A stretch of DNA of 64,000 nt, from positions 33,989-97,988 of IMG/VR virus record IMGVR_UViG_3300042507_002545, one strand, 5' to 3'. This document shows, piece by piece, positions 35,649 to 45,297 of the stretch. Origin of the DNA: a virus. Its lineage: Duplodnaviria > Caudoviricetes. The first letter of the stretch is position 1, and each line of letters begins with the position of its first letter. The notes under the pieces are model-generated. The model had not been told where the DNA came from. It made no database searches and saw only the letters and a list, made by a program, of their open reading frames with translations. The position numbers and the translations under genes were made by a program.

Positions 35649-36760
35649 TGAAAATGGATTTGAATCTCGGTAATGTTACAGACACCATGCTGAAGCAGTT
35701 ACCATTTATTAAAGAAAAGGTAAGATATGCCAGTGTAGATAAGAAGCATAAGGCTCTTCCACACACATGGCTATATACTGTAGATGATGATTCAGTAGAA
35801 AAGATTAATGCACTCCTCAAGGGGGGTGCATTAGTTTCTCTTCCCGCTAAATCTAAAGGGTACGTGATACCCGGTTGTAAATATAGTGTTACTCAGTTGA
35901 GAGACATTGCTCGTATAAATAACTGGACCATTACTAATGACGCATCTAAAGCAGATTTCTTTATCGGTCACAGTAATAATGTGAGTAGAGGTAATGCGGA
36001 TCAGCAAGTTCCTAATGCTCTCATAGCTAGCGCCTGTCCTATTATGAAGTATGATATGCCTGATTTTTTTAGTAGGGACAAAGTAAAACTAAAAGGTGGT
36101 GTCTTTAATACTATAACGGATACTGAGAGCTGGATGGCATTTTCTAAATCATACTACCGCTATTATGATTCTTGGTCACCCCTACATAATAATGAATGGA
36201 CATATAACTTCTTACATCCAAGAACTGTAGAGATGTTATACCGCATTCTATCTATGAAGACACCTGTTATAGATGAGGACTTGATCTTCAATTCTATAGA
36301 GCGTATTACCATAGATGATTCTATATACAGAACTTTGACTACAATGTTCAACTCTGATATGGAGAACCGTGCAGTAGCTGCAGAAATGGTGTTCAATTGT
36401 AACTATGATGCCTCTATGTATTACATCTATAAGCTTCTTAAGGAAGATTATTATCAGGTGACTAATGCTATGAGTAATGCTAATATTAAAATCATGCATG
36501 ATAAGTTAGACTTTAACGGTCTTAGATATACTAGTTATCCTGCAGCTATAAAACTATTCCTAAAGAAAGGTTGGTTAACTGAGGAAATCTATGATAATCT
36601 TATTATGGATACCATTGAAGAGAATATTAAAGACAATCTCTCTGATGAGGCAAGAAAGTTTGTAAAACTTACACCTTCCTGGGCCAAGACTTACCAAGAG
36701 TTTATGGAGGAAAATAAACCTAAAGAGGAGCCTAAAACTGAAGCTCCATTACCATTTTAA
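35648..36760 (+). CDS. hypothetical protein with BRCT-like segment (paralog 1)
   Basis: YVIPGC.....L......WTITND.SKADFFI. Confidence 0.6.
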   Translation: MKMDLNLGNVTDTMLKQLPFIKEKVRYASVDKKHKALPHTWLYTVDDDSVEKINALLKGGALVSLPAKSKGYVIPGCKYSVTQLRDIARINNWTITNDASKADFFIGHSNNVSRGNADQQVPNALIASACPIMKYDMPDFFSRDKVKLKGGVFNTITDTESWMAFSKSYYRYYDSWSPLHNNEWTYNFLHPRTVEMLYRILSMKTPVIDEDLIFNSIERITIDDSIYRTLTTMFNSDMENRAVAAEMVFNCNYDASMYYIYKLLKEDYYQVTNAMSNANIKIMHDKLDFNGLRYTSYPAAIKLFLKKGWLTEEIYDNLIMDTIEENIKDNLSDEARKFVKLTPSWAKTYQEFMEENKPKEEPKTEAPLPF

Positions 36761-36762
36761 TT

Positions 36763-37887
36763 ATGATACAAGAACAACTAACACTTACTGTAAGTAATAA
36801 TGAGCTAGTACTTATACCTAGCCGTGTACTAGTAGATGATAAGAAAAAATATCTACATTACCGCTGGAGTGAAAATGAATATATAAAAGTATTCAAGCAG
36901 GCAACTGCTGATAAGAAACTAGATCTTACTAATGTAAAAACAATTTACTTCGCACCTAAGTGCAGTATTCCTAGAGATAAGGCTAAGCCTTTCTTGGAGG
37001 AGAAGAAGATCAAAACTGTTAGAGATAGGGATGCTGCAGATATTATTATTGCAGGTGTAGATTCTATAGAGGCAGGTCTAGACACAAAGCACCTGTATTA
37101 TGTAAAAACTTCTGATATAATACCATTTGCTAATGGTTTTAAAATTGGAGGTAATGTACATAATATTACAGAGCAGCTAGCTACTTACCCAGGCAAGCAT
37201 GTTATTGTAGATAGAAATGTTGTAGCCGCATTTTATATGAGTAATCATGTTAGTCCGCTTAAAAGTCTTTATGGTACGGCATTACAGGGTAAATCATTTA
37301 GAAGCGGAGACTACTATGGTGAGTATATAACAACCGTAATAGATGACTTCTTACTTGATAGTTCAAACCTTAGTAATGTTTATTCACAAGAAGTATTTAA
37401 TAATCTTATTGGTGACACAGTTATTGATAGAGATGCCTTTGAATCTTTGAGAACTATGCTCAATAGTATGGATAAGGATAATCACTTAGTTGCAATGACC
37501 ATTATGGCCGGATGTAACTATGAGAAAAGCTTTGTGTACTTGGCATTGCTGCTTGAGGAATTTGGTAGAAACGCTATCTATAACCACAAGTATAGAAACA
37601 CTGTGGGCTTTAAGTCTTTGACTAACTGGCTTGGTTATAATAAGTACCGTTGGGATAAAGATGCTATCCTAGATGTATCTATAGAGAAAGGGTTACTAAC
37701 TCATGAGCTATTAGATACTGTTAAGGCTAGTGTATTAAATGAGGCTAGAACTTTTAGTAGCAACTTTGAAGTTGTAGATGTTAGATTAACAGCTGATGTG
37801 CAAGCTAAGGTAGATAAACTTTTAAATAAACAAAATGATAGACTTCCAAGCGGAGGAGAACTTCTACAAGAAGAAGTTTTACTTTAG
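36763..37887 (+). CDS. hypothetical protein with BRCT-like segment (paralog 2)
   Basis: YFAPKCSIPRDK......IKTVRD.DAADIII. Confidence 0.6.
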   Translation: MIQEQLTLTVSNNELVLIPSRVLVDDKKKYLHYRWSENEYIKVFKQATADKKLDLTNVKTIYFAPKCSIPRDKAKPFLEEKKIKTVRDRDAADIIIAGVDSIEAGLDTKHLYYVKTSDIIPFANGFKIGGNVHNITEQLATYPGKHVIVDRNVVAAFYMSNHVSPLKSLYGTALQGKSFRSGDYYGEYITTVIDDFLLDSSNLSNVYSQEVFNNLIGDTVIDRDAFESLRTMLNSMDKDNHLVAMTIMAGCNYEKSFVYLALLLEEFGRNAIYNHKYRNTVGFKSLTNWLGYNKYRWDKDAILDVSIEKGLLTHELLDTVKASVLNEARTFSSNFEVVDVRLTADVQAKVDKLLNKQNDRLPSGGELLQEEVLL

Positions 37888-38803
37888 TTATTCCGGGTTC
37901 AACAAGTTGTTGTTTGCCCCAAGTGCATTTTATAAACACTATATCCTGAACCAAAGAGAGGACAAGATGGAGCAGCACCTGATTGAAGGTAGCTTGCTTC
38001 ACTGTCTTCTCCTAGAGGAGGATAAGTTTCATGAGAAGTATGTGGTGTCCCCGGTAAATTTGCCGGGTGACAGCATTAAGAATGTTGTTGACAAGGTATT
38101 CACAAGAGCCTGGGCTAATAACAATCTTGACTTATCTTTGGAGCAGAATGAGTTTGAAATCCTTGAAATATTAAAGGATATAAACTTGTATCAGAGTCTC
38201 AAAACTGATGCACAAAGAGTTGAGAAAGTAATAACTGACGCAAGTATAAGTTACTATAACTTCTTAACTACAAAGGGTGACAAGGCTGTTATAGACGAGG
38301 AAACCCTGAACAAAGTAAAAGGTTATGCTGAGATCGTAAGATCTAATGAGAAGATTACAAACTTACTCAACATAGGGAGCCCCTTTAGTATGAGTGAGGT
38401 GCCGTTTGTAATGGACACACAGTATGCCTTTGGTCTTAGAGGTTTTGTAGATAATGTTAACATTGATCATGGTGCCAAAGTGATTTATATTAATGATCTC
38501 AAGACTAGCGGAAAACTGTTACAAGATTTCCCTGAAACCATAGAGTATTATAAGTACTGGTTGCAAGCTGCAGTGTACTGTAAATTAGTAAGAGCTAACT
38601 ATGGCTTAAGTGATTACAAGATTAAGTTTCATTTCATAGTGGTTGACAAGCTCACCCAGTGTTATGCATTTGAAGTTAGTCAAGTAACTCTTGATAGCTG
38701 GATGGATAGGCTTGATGAAGTAATGAAAATTGCAGACTATCATTACACAAATAGAAAATTTGACTTACCTTATGAATATGAAGTAGGTAATGTAATCTTG
38801 TAA
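37835..38803 (+). CDS. PD-(D/E)XK exonuclease (RecE/RecB-like)
   Basis: FSYS, GSLLH, RGFVD, DLKT, Y.LQAAVY. Confidence 0.85.
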   Translation: MIDFQAEENFYKKKFYFSYSGFNKLLFAPSAFYKHYILNQREDKMEQHLIEGSLLHCLLLEEDKFHEKYVVSPVNLPGDSIKNVVDKVFTRAWANNNLDLSLEQNEFEILEILKDINLYQSLKTDAQRVEKVITDASISYYNFLTTKGDKAVIDEETLNKVKGYAEIVRSNEKITNLLNIGSPFSMSEVPFVMDTQYAFGLRGFVDNVNIDHGAKVIYINDLKTSGKLLQDFPETIEYYKYWLQAAVYCKLVRANYGLSDYKIKFHFIVVDKLTQCYAFEVSQVTLDSWMDRLDEVMKIADYHYTNRKFDLPYEYEVGNVIL

Positions 38804-38816
38804 AACAATCATCTCA

Positions 38817-39386
38817 ATGATTAATAAATTGTATACTGATCATTTCCAAAAGTCACGTGCATTTTTGTACCCACTTTTAGGAATAAGAAGAGGTGCTATT
38901 ATAACTCCTATGGAGACTTATGTCGCATGGGAGGATGAGTTTCTTGCAGAAGATAGGAAACTTATATTAACATATCACCTAAGGGAAGATAAGGAGTTCT
39001 CAGATTTTGAGAAAGCCAAATTACTTGATAACAGTTTATTGTGTGACTTTAGAGAAACAAACCATAAAGTTGGTGTATATATCTTCGACTATGAAGGTTT
39101 TGCCAATGATTGGGATTGTTTCCTTAAAGGTCATTACTCTAAGATGTCTGCTGCTGTTAAACGCAGAATACTAGACTTCTTTAAAAACAATCACAGTAAT
39201 TATAAATACTTAGAAAGTTATCTATACCCTGAAAAGTATTTTAAAACTTATGCAGAACTACTTGATGTACCTATTGAAGTACTACAGGAAGTTGGTGAGC
39301 TTGCTAGTCCACCAGATATTGCTAAAGAAACTTTACGCCTAAAGGCTGAAGAACTAATTAATTTTAATATTTTTGAAAAAAAGTAA
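38817..39386 (+). CDS. hypothetical protein
   Basis: 189 aa; KS..FLYPLLG, F.KG.YSK. Confidence 0.65.
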   Translation: MINKLYTDHFQKSRAFLYPLLGIRRGAIITPMETYVAWEDEFLAEDRKLILTYHLREDKEFSDFEKAKLLDNSLLCDFRETNHKVGVYIFDYEGFANDWDCFLKGHYSKMSAAVKRRILDFFKNNHSNYKYLESYLYPEKYFKTYAELLDVPIEVLQEVGELASPPDIAKETLRLKAEELINFNIFEKK

Positions 39387-39389
39387 TTT

Positions 39390-39764
39390 ATGAATAATAT
39401 GATGTTGATCTCTTCTGGTACTAAAGAAGGAGATAAAACTTTTAAAATGATCCCACTAACTGAGGAATGTGCTTATGTAGAGGGTATTTTCTATCCTGGA
39501 AATAATATCTTAGCGCTTATTGGTGTAAACAAAAAAGATATATTCCATATGATGCCTAAGTTAGATCCTAATGGTGATCCTGAATTCCGTAAGACTCCGT
39601 CTAAAGATGGTGTACCAGTTAAACAAGAGCGCCGTACTATTGAAACTTATCAAGAGTATTATTTAGAAGACCGTGCTGATATTGACGCATTCATTAAGTA
39701 TTTTGCTATTAACGCAGATACTTTTAACTATGGTCAATACTTCAAAGAAGAACCTGCAGCATAA
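39390..39764 (+). CDS. hypothetical protein
   Basis: 124-aa ORF. Confidence 0.65.
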   Translation: MNNMMLISSGTKEGDKTFKMIPLTEECAYVEGIFYPGNNILALIGVNKKDIFHMMPKLDPNGDPEFRKTPSKDGVPVKQERRTIETYQEYYLEDRADIDAFIKYFAINADTFNYGQYFKEEPAA

Positions 39765-39766
39765 AT

Positions 39767-39792
39767 GAGAGGGGGAGAAATCCCCCTTTCTT
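39767..39792 (+). terminator. hairpin/terminator (GAAA loop)
   Basis: GAGAGGGGGA-GAAA-TCCCCCTTTC. Confidence 0.65.
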
Positions 39793-39831
39793 AACTTTAT
39801 ATGGGGGGACAGCTTAACTGAACAAATGTAT

Positions 39832-41823
39832 ATGAGACACTGGGTCATGGATTATGAAACCTTAACGAATTGTTTTGTTGCGGTATTCATACACTATAAA
39901 GAAGAAGAGCAAAGAGTATTTACAATACATAAATCTAAGAATGATTTTTATGCTCTGTGGAATTTCCTACATACATGTAAAGAAGATAATGAATGGCATG
40001 TATCATTTAATGGTTTAGCATTTGACTCCCAAATCACTGAGTATATCCTTAAGCAAGGAGAACAACTTATTGATTTACCTGGGGAAGAAATAGCTAAGGC
40101 TATCTATAGGAAAGCCCAAAATGTAATTGAACGTAGTAATAATAATGAGTTCTCGGAGTATCCTGAGTGGAAGTTATCTATTCCACAAATTGATTTATAT
40201 AAACTAAATCATTGGGATAATGCAGCTAAAAGATCTAGTCTTAAATGGATTGAGTATTCAATGGATTGGCATAACGTACAAGAGATGCCTATACATCATA
40301 CTACAGTTATTGAAACACAAGATCAAATAGATAACATTATATCTTATTGTATTAATGACGTATTAGCAACTAAGAAGATATTACACATATCTAAATCTCA
40401 GATTGGTTTACGGAAAAGTCTTACTGAAGAGTATGGTGTTAATTTATATAGCGCATCTGAACCTAGAATTTCTAAAGAGTTATTTGCTTTATTTTTATGT
40501 GAGGCGCTTGGCATGAAAAAGGCCGAGCTTAAATCACTAAGAACAAGAAGAGGAATAATTGCTGTTAAAGATATCATATTAGATTATGTTAAGTTTGACC
40601 GTAAAGAATTCCAAAATCTTCTTGAGAAGTTTAATAGTCTTAATATTGATGCGAGCAATACCAAAGGTGCCTTCAAGTATACAATGACCCATAAGGGTGT
40701 AAAGACAGATTTTGGTTTTGGTGGTGTTCACGGTGCTACAAAAGCAGGTGTTTATAAAAGCCAAGATGGTATGATAATAATGACGTCTGACGTTACTAGT
40801 TTCTACCCTAATCTTGCTATCCGCAATAAGTGGGCGCCGGCACATTTACCAAAGAAGATTTTTTGTGATCAATATGAGTGGTTCTTTGAAGAAAGAAAAA
40901 AGATACCCAAGAAAGATCCAAAGAATTATGTGTATAAGATTATTCTTAACAGTACTTATGGTTTAAGTAATGATGAGAATAGCTTTCTATATGACCCCGA
41001 GTTTACCATGCGTATTACTATGAACGGACAACTGAGTTTGATGATGTTATATGAAATGTTATCATCGGGTATTCCAGGTAGTATTCCGTTAATGCAAAAC
41101 ACAGATGGTCTAGAAATGATGATTCCTGAAACATATAAGGAAAAGTATCTTGAAATTTGTGCAGAGTGGGAGAAGATAACACAACTTCAACTCGAGCATG
41201 ATCAATATGATAAGATGATTATCGGGGATGTAAATAATTATATTGCTGTACTAAGTGAGAAAGAATTAGATAAGAGTAAATGGGATGAACTTAAAAGTGA
41301 TAAACCACACTATGTATTTAAAGAGCGAGACGGTAAGTATTATTATCAAGCAACAAAATGTAAAGGTAGGTTTGAGTTTACAGACCTAGCGTTACATAAA
41401 AATAAAAGCTTCCTAGTAATACCAAAAGGTATATATAATTATTTTGTCCACGACATTGTTCCTGAGCAGTACATAAAGACCAATAAAAACATATTTGATT
41501 TCTGCGGCGGCGCAAAGATTAAAGGTGATTGGTATTTTATGGAAACATGTTTTAGAAATAATCAACGCTATGATACCGTACTACAACACATTGTAAGGTA
41601 TTATGTCTCTAATAGAGGCTGTAAAATAATTAAGTACAATAAAACAGATAAACGCGAGATCCAGTTAGAAGCTGGCAAGTGGATGCAAACTGTCTTTAAT
41701 GTATATGAAGAAAAACCTTGGGCTCAATATGGTATTAATGAAGACTACTATCTTCAAAATATATACAAGGAAATTGAGCACATAACAAAAGCAAAGCAGA
41801 AATCACAATTAAGTTTATTTTAA
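39832..41823 (+). CDS. family B DNA polymerase
   Basis: exonuclease DYE, FNGLAFD, YC.ND; polymerase DVTSFYP, KIILNSTYG, NTDG. Confidence 0.92.
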   Translation: MRHWVMDYETLTNCFVAVFIHYKEEEQRVFTIHKSKNDFYALWNFLHTCKEDNEWHVSFNGLAFDSQITEYILKQGEQLIDLPGEEIAKAIYRKAQNVIERSNNNEFSEYPEWKLSIPQIDLYKLNHWDNAAKRSSLKWIEYSMDWHNVQEMPIHHTTVIETQDQIDNIISYCINDVLATKKILHISKSQIGLRKSLTEEYGVNLYSASEPRISKELFALFLCEALGMKKAELKSLRTRRGIIAVKDIILDYVKFDRKEFQNLLEKFNSLNIDASNTKGAFKYTMTHKGVKTDFGFGGVHGATKAGVYKSQDGMIIMTSDVTSFYPNLAIRNKWAPAHLPKKIFCDQYEWFFEERKKIPKKDPKNYVYKIILNSTYGLSNDENSFLYDPEFTMRITMNGQLSLMMLYEMLSSGIPGSIPLMQNTDGLEMMIPETYKEKYLEICAEWEKITQLQLEHDQYDKMIIGDVNNYIAVLSEKELDKSKWDELKSDKPHYVFKERDGKYYYQATKCKGRFEFTDLALHKNKSFLVIPKGIYNYFVHDIVPEQYIKTNKNIFDFCGGAKIKGDWYFMETCFRNNQRYDTVLQHIVRYYVSNRGCKIIKYNKTDKREIQLEAGKWMQTVFNVYEEKPWAQYGINEDYYLQNIYKEIEHITKAKQKSQLSLF

Positions 41824-41824
41824 A

Positions 41825-42814
41825 ATGAGTAAAAGAATTCCTACTGGTATTACCAGAGAGTACTTAGAAAGTGTAGCCCTACCTAACCACGGTGGGCGCT
41901 ATACTCCTATTAGCCACAAGTCTATTATAGATAAAGTTCATGAAGAACTTGTTACTCGTGGTTTTAATGTAGAAGCAGAATTATACCGTGCAAGTATTGG
42001 CGGTAATGTTGCAAATGGTATGTATATCCTAGACCAGGGTACAGATCCAGATATGAAGATGATGTTTGTGTGGGGTAACTCTTACGACAAGTCTATGAGA
42101 TTTAAGTGTGGTATCGGTGTATATATACCAAAAACTGGTAACTATATCTTCGCCGGTGACATTTCTAGTTATGCTAGAAAGCACACAGGTAAAGCTGATG
42201 AGGAAGCTATTGCTATGATTCAAACACAATTGAACATGGCTAATGCTCACTATGCTGACTTAGTAGCATCAAGAGATATACTTATTGGTCAAAATGCTAG
42301 CTTACGTACTTATTCAGAATTGGTGGGACGTATGTTTATTGAAAAGCAATGTCTTAATAAGGAGCAGGCCTCTGCAGTACGTGACCGTCTTATTGGAGAA
42401 GTTGCACTATTGGACAACATATCACATGATAATGCATGGAATTTCTACAACTCTGTAGCTACTGCATTACGCATGTCACATCCTAAGAATTGGTTTGAAG
42501 ACCAGGTAGAATGTCACAAACTTATTAACAATTACTTTACGTTAACTACTTTAACTAAGGAAGATTTATTTACGGAACTTGTACAAGAACCTGTACAGGA
42601 AGAAGTACAAGAACCTACTAACCAACTTAATATATTTGATGTTATTGAGGAAGTGGAAGAGGCACCTAAATTAACTTCTCCTACAGATGTCATAGAAGAT
42701 GATTTAAGCTTACTTGTTCAAGAAGAAATTCAAGAAGAAGTGGTAGAACATAAAGAGGAATTCTTTAACTTTGGTGTTGAAGAATTACCGACATTTGAAT
42801 TACCTGACTTATGA
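41825..42814 (+). CDS. DUF932-like protein with acidic tail
   Basis: YTPISH, GNSYDKS, RKHTG, WNFYN..T.AL. Confidence 0.65.
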   Translation: MSKRIPTGITREYLESVALPNHGGRYTPISHKSIIDKVHEELVTRGFNVEAELYRASIGGNVANGMYILDQGTDPDMKMMFVWGNSYDKSMRFKCGIGVYIPKTGNYIFAGDISSYARKHTGKADEEAIAMIQTQLNMANAHYADLVASRDILIGQNASLRTYSELVGRMFIEKQCLNKEQASAVRDRLIGEVALLDNISHDNAWNFYNSVATALRMSHPKNWFEDQVECHKLINNYFTLTTLTKEDLFTELVQEPVQEEVQEPTNQLNIFDVIEEVEEAPKLTSPTDVIEDDLSLLVQEEIQEEVVEHKEEFFNFGVEELPTFELPDL

Positions 42815-43305
42815 CAAGAGAAGATTTTAGCAGAAGAGTAGAGAAGCGGATTGACCTAATCCGCCAGACTCTACTTACTAAGCATAAAGAGTACGCTAAA
42901 GATGATAATGTATTCAGAAACTTTGATGAAGCTGCGGGGGGATTATCCCTCCACAGCACATCAGCTGAAGTTCTTTGGAGCTATATGACTAAGCACTTAG
43001 TTTCTATAAAAGATATAGTGTCTGATAATGTACCTGTTACAAATGAAGTAGTATCTGAAAAGATTGGAGATGTGATTAACTATCTTATCTTACTAGAGGC
43101 TATGTTAAATGAAAAGGGTGAAAGACACTGTAAACTTAAAGAAGCATATGAAAAATATAAGCTTTATAATAAAGCATCTGTAGATAGATTATCAATGTGG
43201 ACTAGTGACTACACTAAGAACACGGACATGCTAGGTCTTGTTAAGATGACTTCTAATGATATAGATAAGATAAAGTATAATACTAACGGAGATAAAGGAT
43301 ATTAA
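42811..43305 (+). CDS. nucleotide-modification-associated / all-alpha NTP-PPase-like protein
   Basis: K.KEYA.DD.VFRNF...KH...EKIGD.INYLILL. Confidence 0.6.
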   Translation: MTREDFSRRVEKRIDLIRQTLLTKHKEYAKDDNVFRNFDEAAGGLSLHSTSAEVLWSYMTKHLVSIKDIVSDNVPVTNEVVSEKIGDVINYLILLEAMLNEKGERHCKLKEAYEKYKLYNKASVDRLSMWTSDYTKNTDMLGLVKMTSNDIDKIKYNTNGDKGY

Positions 43306-43688
43306 TGAAGAAGTTTATAGATATGGTAGCGGAGTTCCATACCGCGTTTAACATGCCTGACCCACAAGATTACAAACAACTAACACAAGAAGAATATGAG
43401 TTACGTCACAGGCTCTTGGAAGAAGAGAATAACGAGTACCTTGAAGCTTGTGGTGATGATGACTTGGTGGGTATTGCGGATGCTCTTGGTGACCAGCTTT
43501 ATATCATTTACGGGACTATTCTTAAGCATGGCTTACAAGACCGGATTGAAGAAGTCTTCACGGAGATCCACAGATCCAACATGAGTAAGCTGGATGAAAA
43601 TGGAAAACCCATCCTCAGAGAAGATGGGAAGATCCTTAAAGGCAAGAATTATTTCAAGCCTGATATCAGTAGGGTGCTAGGGGTTTAA
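43305..43688 (+). CDS. MazG-like NTP pyrophosphohydrolase
   Basis: V.EFH..F, EE..E, DALGD.LY, EIHRSNMSK, DGKILKG. Confidence 0.88.
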   Translation: MKKFIDMVAEFHTAFNMPDPQDYKQLTQEEYELRHRLLEEENNEYLEACGDDDLVGIADALGDQLYIIYGTILKHGLQDRIEEVFTEIHRSNMSKLDENGKPILREDGKILKGKNYFKPDISRVLGV

Positions 43689-43825
43689 CCCTGACCTCTG
43701 TAAGCTTTCTTATAGTTCTTACTAGACTTTAGTCTACTAGTTTTAGTTTTTGCTATTACCCCAGGGCGGCTAACTTTAGTTGCTCTTGGAGCATAGCTGT
43801 TCTTTGCGTTTACTACTTTTGCCAT
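43685..43825 (-). CDS. small basic protein (46 aa, not in the track)
   Basis: MAKVVNAK...KSSKNYKKAYRGQG. Confidence 0.7.
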   Translation of the reverse strand: MAKVVNAKNSYAPRATKVSRPGVIAKTKTSRLKSSKNYKKAYRGQG

Positions 43826-43827
43826 AA

Positions 43828-44106
43828 TTAAAATTCTTTTTTTGTTGCTGCTTCAGCCTCATCAGAGTTTAAAAGATTTGTAATTTTATCTCTAAGTTTA
43901 AACATTTTAGTATCATTACTTTTCATAATAGCCTCAAAGATAGATCTAAATGCTTCCTCATCTTTAGCTGATATTTTAGTAGTGATTGTAGCTACCGTAA
44001 AAGAAATCTCTTTAGCTTCTCTTAGTCTAGCAATAAATGCTGCTGTTGTATTTAAGTCAGCTACTAATGTCTGAACTGTTTTAAGTGTTTCTAAATCTAA
44101 TGCCAT
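43828..44106 (-). CDS. hypothetical protein
   Basis: 92-aa helical ORF. Confidence 0.55.
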   Translation of the reverse strand: MALDLETLKTVQTLVADLNTTAAFIARLREAKEISFTVATITTKISAKDEEAFRSIFEAIMKSNDTKMFKLRDKITNLLNSDEAEAATKKEF

Positions 44107-44396
44107 TATTTTTTACCTTTAAGTAGTTTTGCTTTTTCCATTTTATCTACTTGGTCAAGAGCTGTGATTGGTCCACCTTTTTTGTTTTGGCTTAATTTAT
44201 CTATTTTACTAGTAACTCTATTTAAACGATTTTCGTTTCTAGTATATTTTTTATTAAGCTTATCTCCATATCGCTGTGCAAATGGAGGAAGGACACCCTC
44301 GTCTGGCATATTACTTTTAATATCCGCCATGCGATCTGAGATTTTACTAGCCCTATTGGTAAGTCTATTTATTCTACCACCGTTTTGTTTTTTCAT
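44106..44396 (-). CDS. basic protein with KGG motifs
   Basis: start MKKQNGG. Confidence 0.6.
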   Translation of the reverse strand: MKKQNGGRINRLTNRASKISDRMADIKSNMPDEGVLPPFAQRYGDKLNKKYTRNENRLNRVTSKIDKLSQNKKGGPITALDQVDKMEKAKLLKGKK

Positions 44397-44407
44397 TATT
44401 TTAAGTT

Positions 44408-44554
44408 TTAAGATCCGCAGTATAAACAACCGTCATCAGCATCTTCGCTGTCTCCGGCTAATATTTTTTTGCATTCAGCCTCTATTTGCTCATCTGACCA
44501 CTGTGGATGAAATGCTTTTACTTGAGCTCTAAGAAATTGGTAATCGTTATTCAT
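44408..44554 (-). CDS. 48-aa peptide ending CLYCGS (not in the track)
   Basis: MNNDYQFLRAQVKAFHPQWSDEQIEAECKKILAGDSEDADDGCLYCGS; ATG overlaps the upstream stop. Confidence 0.7.
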   Translation of the reverse strand: MNNDYQFLRAQVKAFHPQWSDEQIEAECKKILAGDSEDADDGCLYCGS

Positions 44555-44820
44555 TAACGTTTTATCTTTGCAATTCTCTTTACCATTTTAGGACGACTTC
44601 CTTCTAGCTTAGCTTCTTTAGCTGCAGCATTTATAGCCATAGCACCTTTAACCATAGCGTTTTTCGCACCAGTAGCTACTGTACCTTTAGATTGATACTT
44701 TGCACCACCTTTTTTCATAATACCTGCTACTTTAGTAGTACCGCCTTTTTTGTAAGTGTTTACACCTGCTCCGCCGCTGCGTGGAGTACGTCCCATCGGC
44801 ATGTAATTGTTTGTTGCCAT
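44554..44820 (-). CDS. basic protein with KKGG repeats
   Basis: YKKGG, MKKGG, YQSKG. Confidence 0.65.
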   Translation of the reverse strand: MATNNYMPMGRTPRSGGAGVNTYKKGGTTKVAGIMKKGGAKYQSKGTVATGAKNAMVKGAMAINAAAKEAKLEGSRPKMVKRIAKIKR

Positions 44821-44832
44821 TATATATAGAAT

Positions 44833-45297
44833 TTAGTTTGTTATAATAAGTATACTTAATAAAAATACGGAGATTCCGCCGAATATCCAATTGTTTCTTT
44901 TAGCCACACCAAGATTACCTTGCGATATATGTAGGGAATCCCTGGTTTCTACCAGGTTTGATTGTAAAACAAAGTTTCTATCAAGGCACTCTGTTGTTCT
45001 TTGGTTTGCTGCATCCATGTATCCAGCCATCTTTTTGATCTCAAACTCCTTATCAAGAATGCGGAGTTCTTGGGTCTTAATGATTTGGTCTTTACCTGCA
45101 ATGCTTTTCTGCAGGTAGTCATAGTCCACAATAGATTTAAGCAAGAGCTCCTCTTGTTTATCTGTGAAGAAGATACCTTTGTCACCATTATAGTTAATCC
45201 TTTGGGGAGTAAGTTGTCCATATACGGTCACGCTGTTCATCAGTTGCGTTAGGGATAATAGCAATAAGTATATCCCGATCACCTTTATCTTTGTCAT
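44833..45297 (-). CDS. putative spanin-like lysis protein
   Basis: signal peptide, coiled coil, C-terminal TM; overlaps the upstream gene. Confidence 0.5.
   Translation of the reverse strand: MTKIKVIGIYLLLLSLTQLMNSVTVYGQLTPQRINYNGDKGIFFTDKQEELLLKSIVDYDYLQKSIAGKDQIIKTQELRILDKEFEIKKMAGYMDAANQRTTECLDRNFVLQSNLVETRDSLHISQGNLGVAKRNNWIFGGISVFLLSILIITN

Noticed and set aside
39826-41823. Intein or intron in PolB (also checked DnaB and the RNAP core)
   Set aside because: Motif spacing is compact, and no intein termini or frame breaks were seen.
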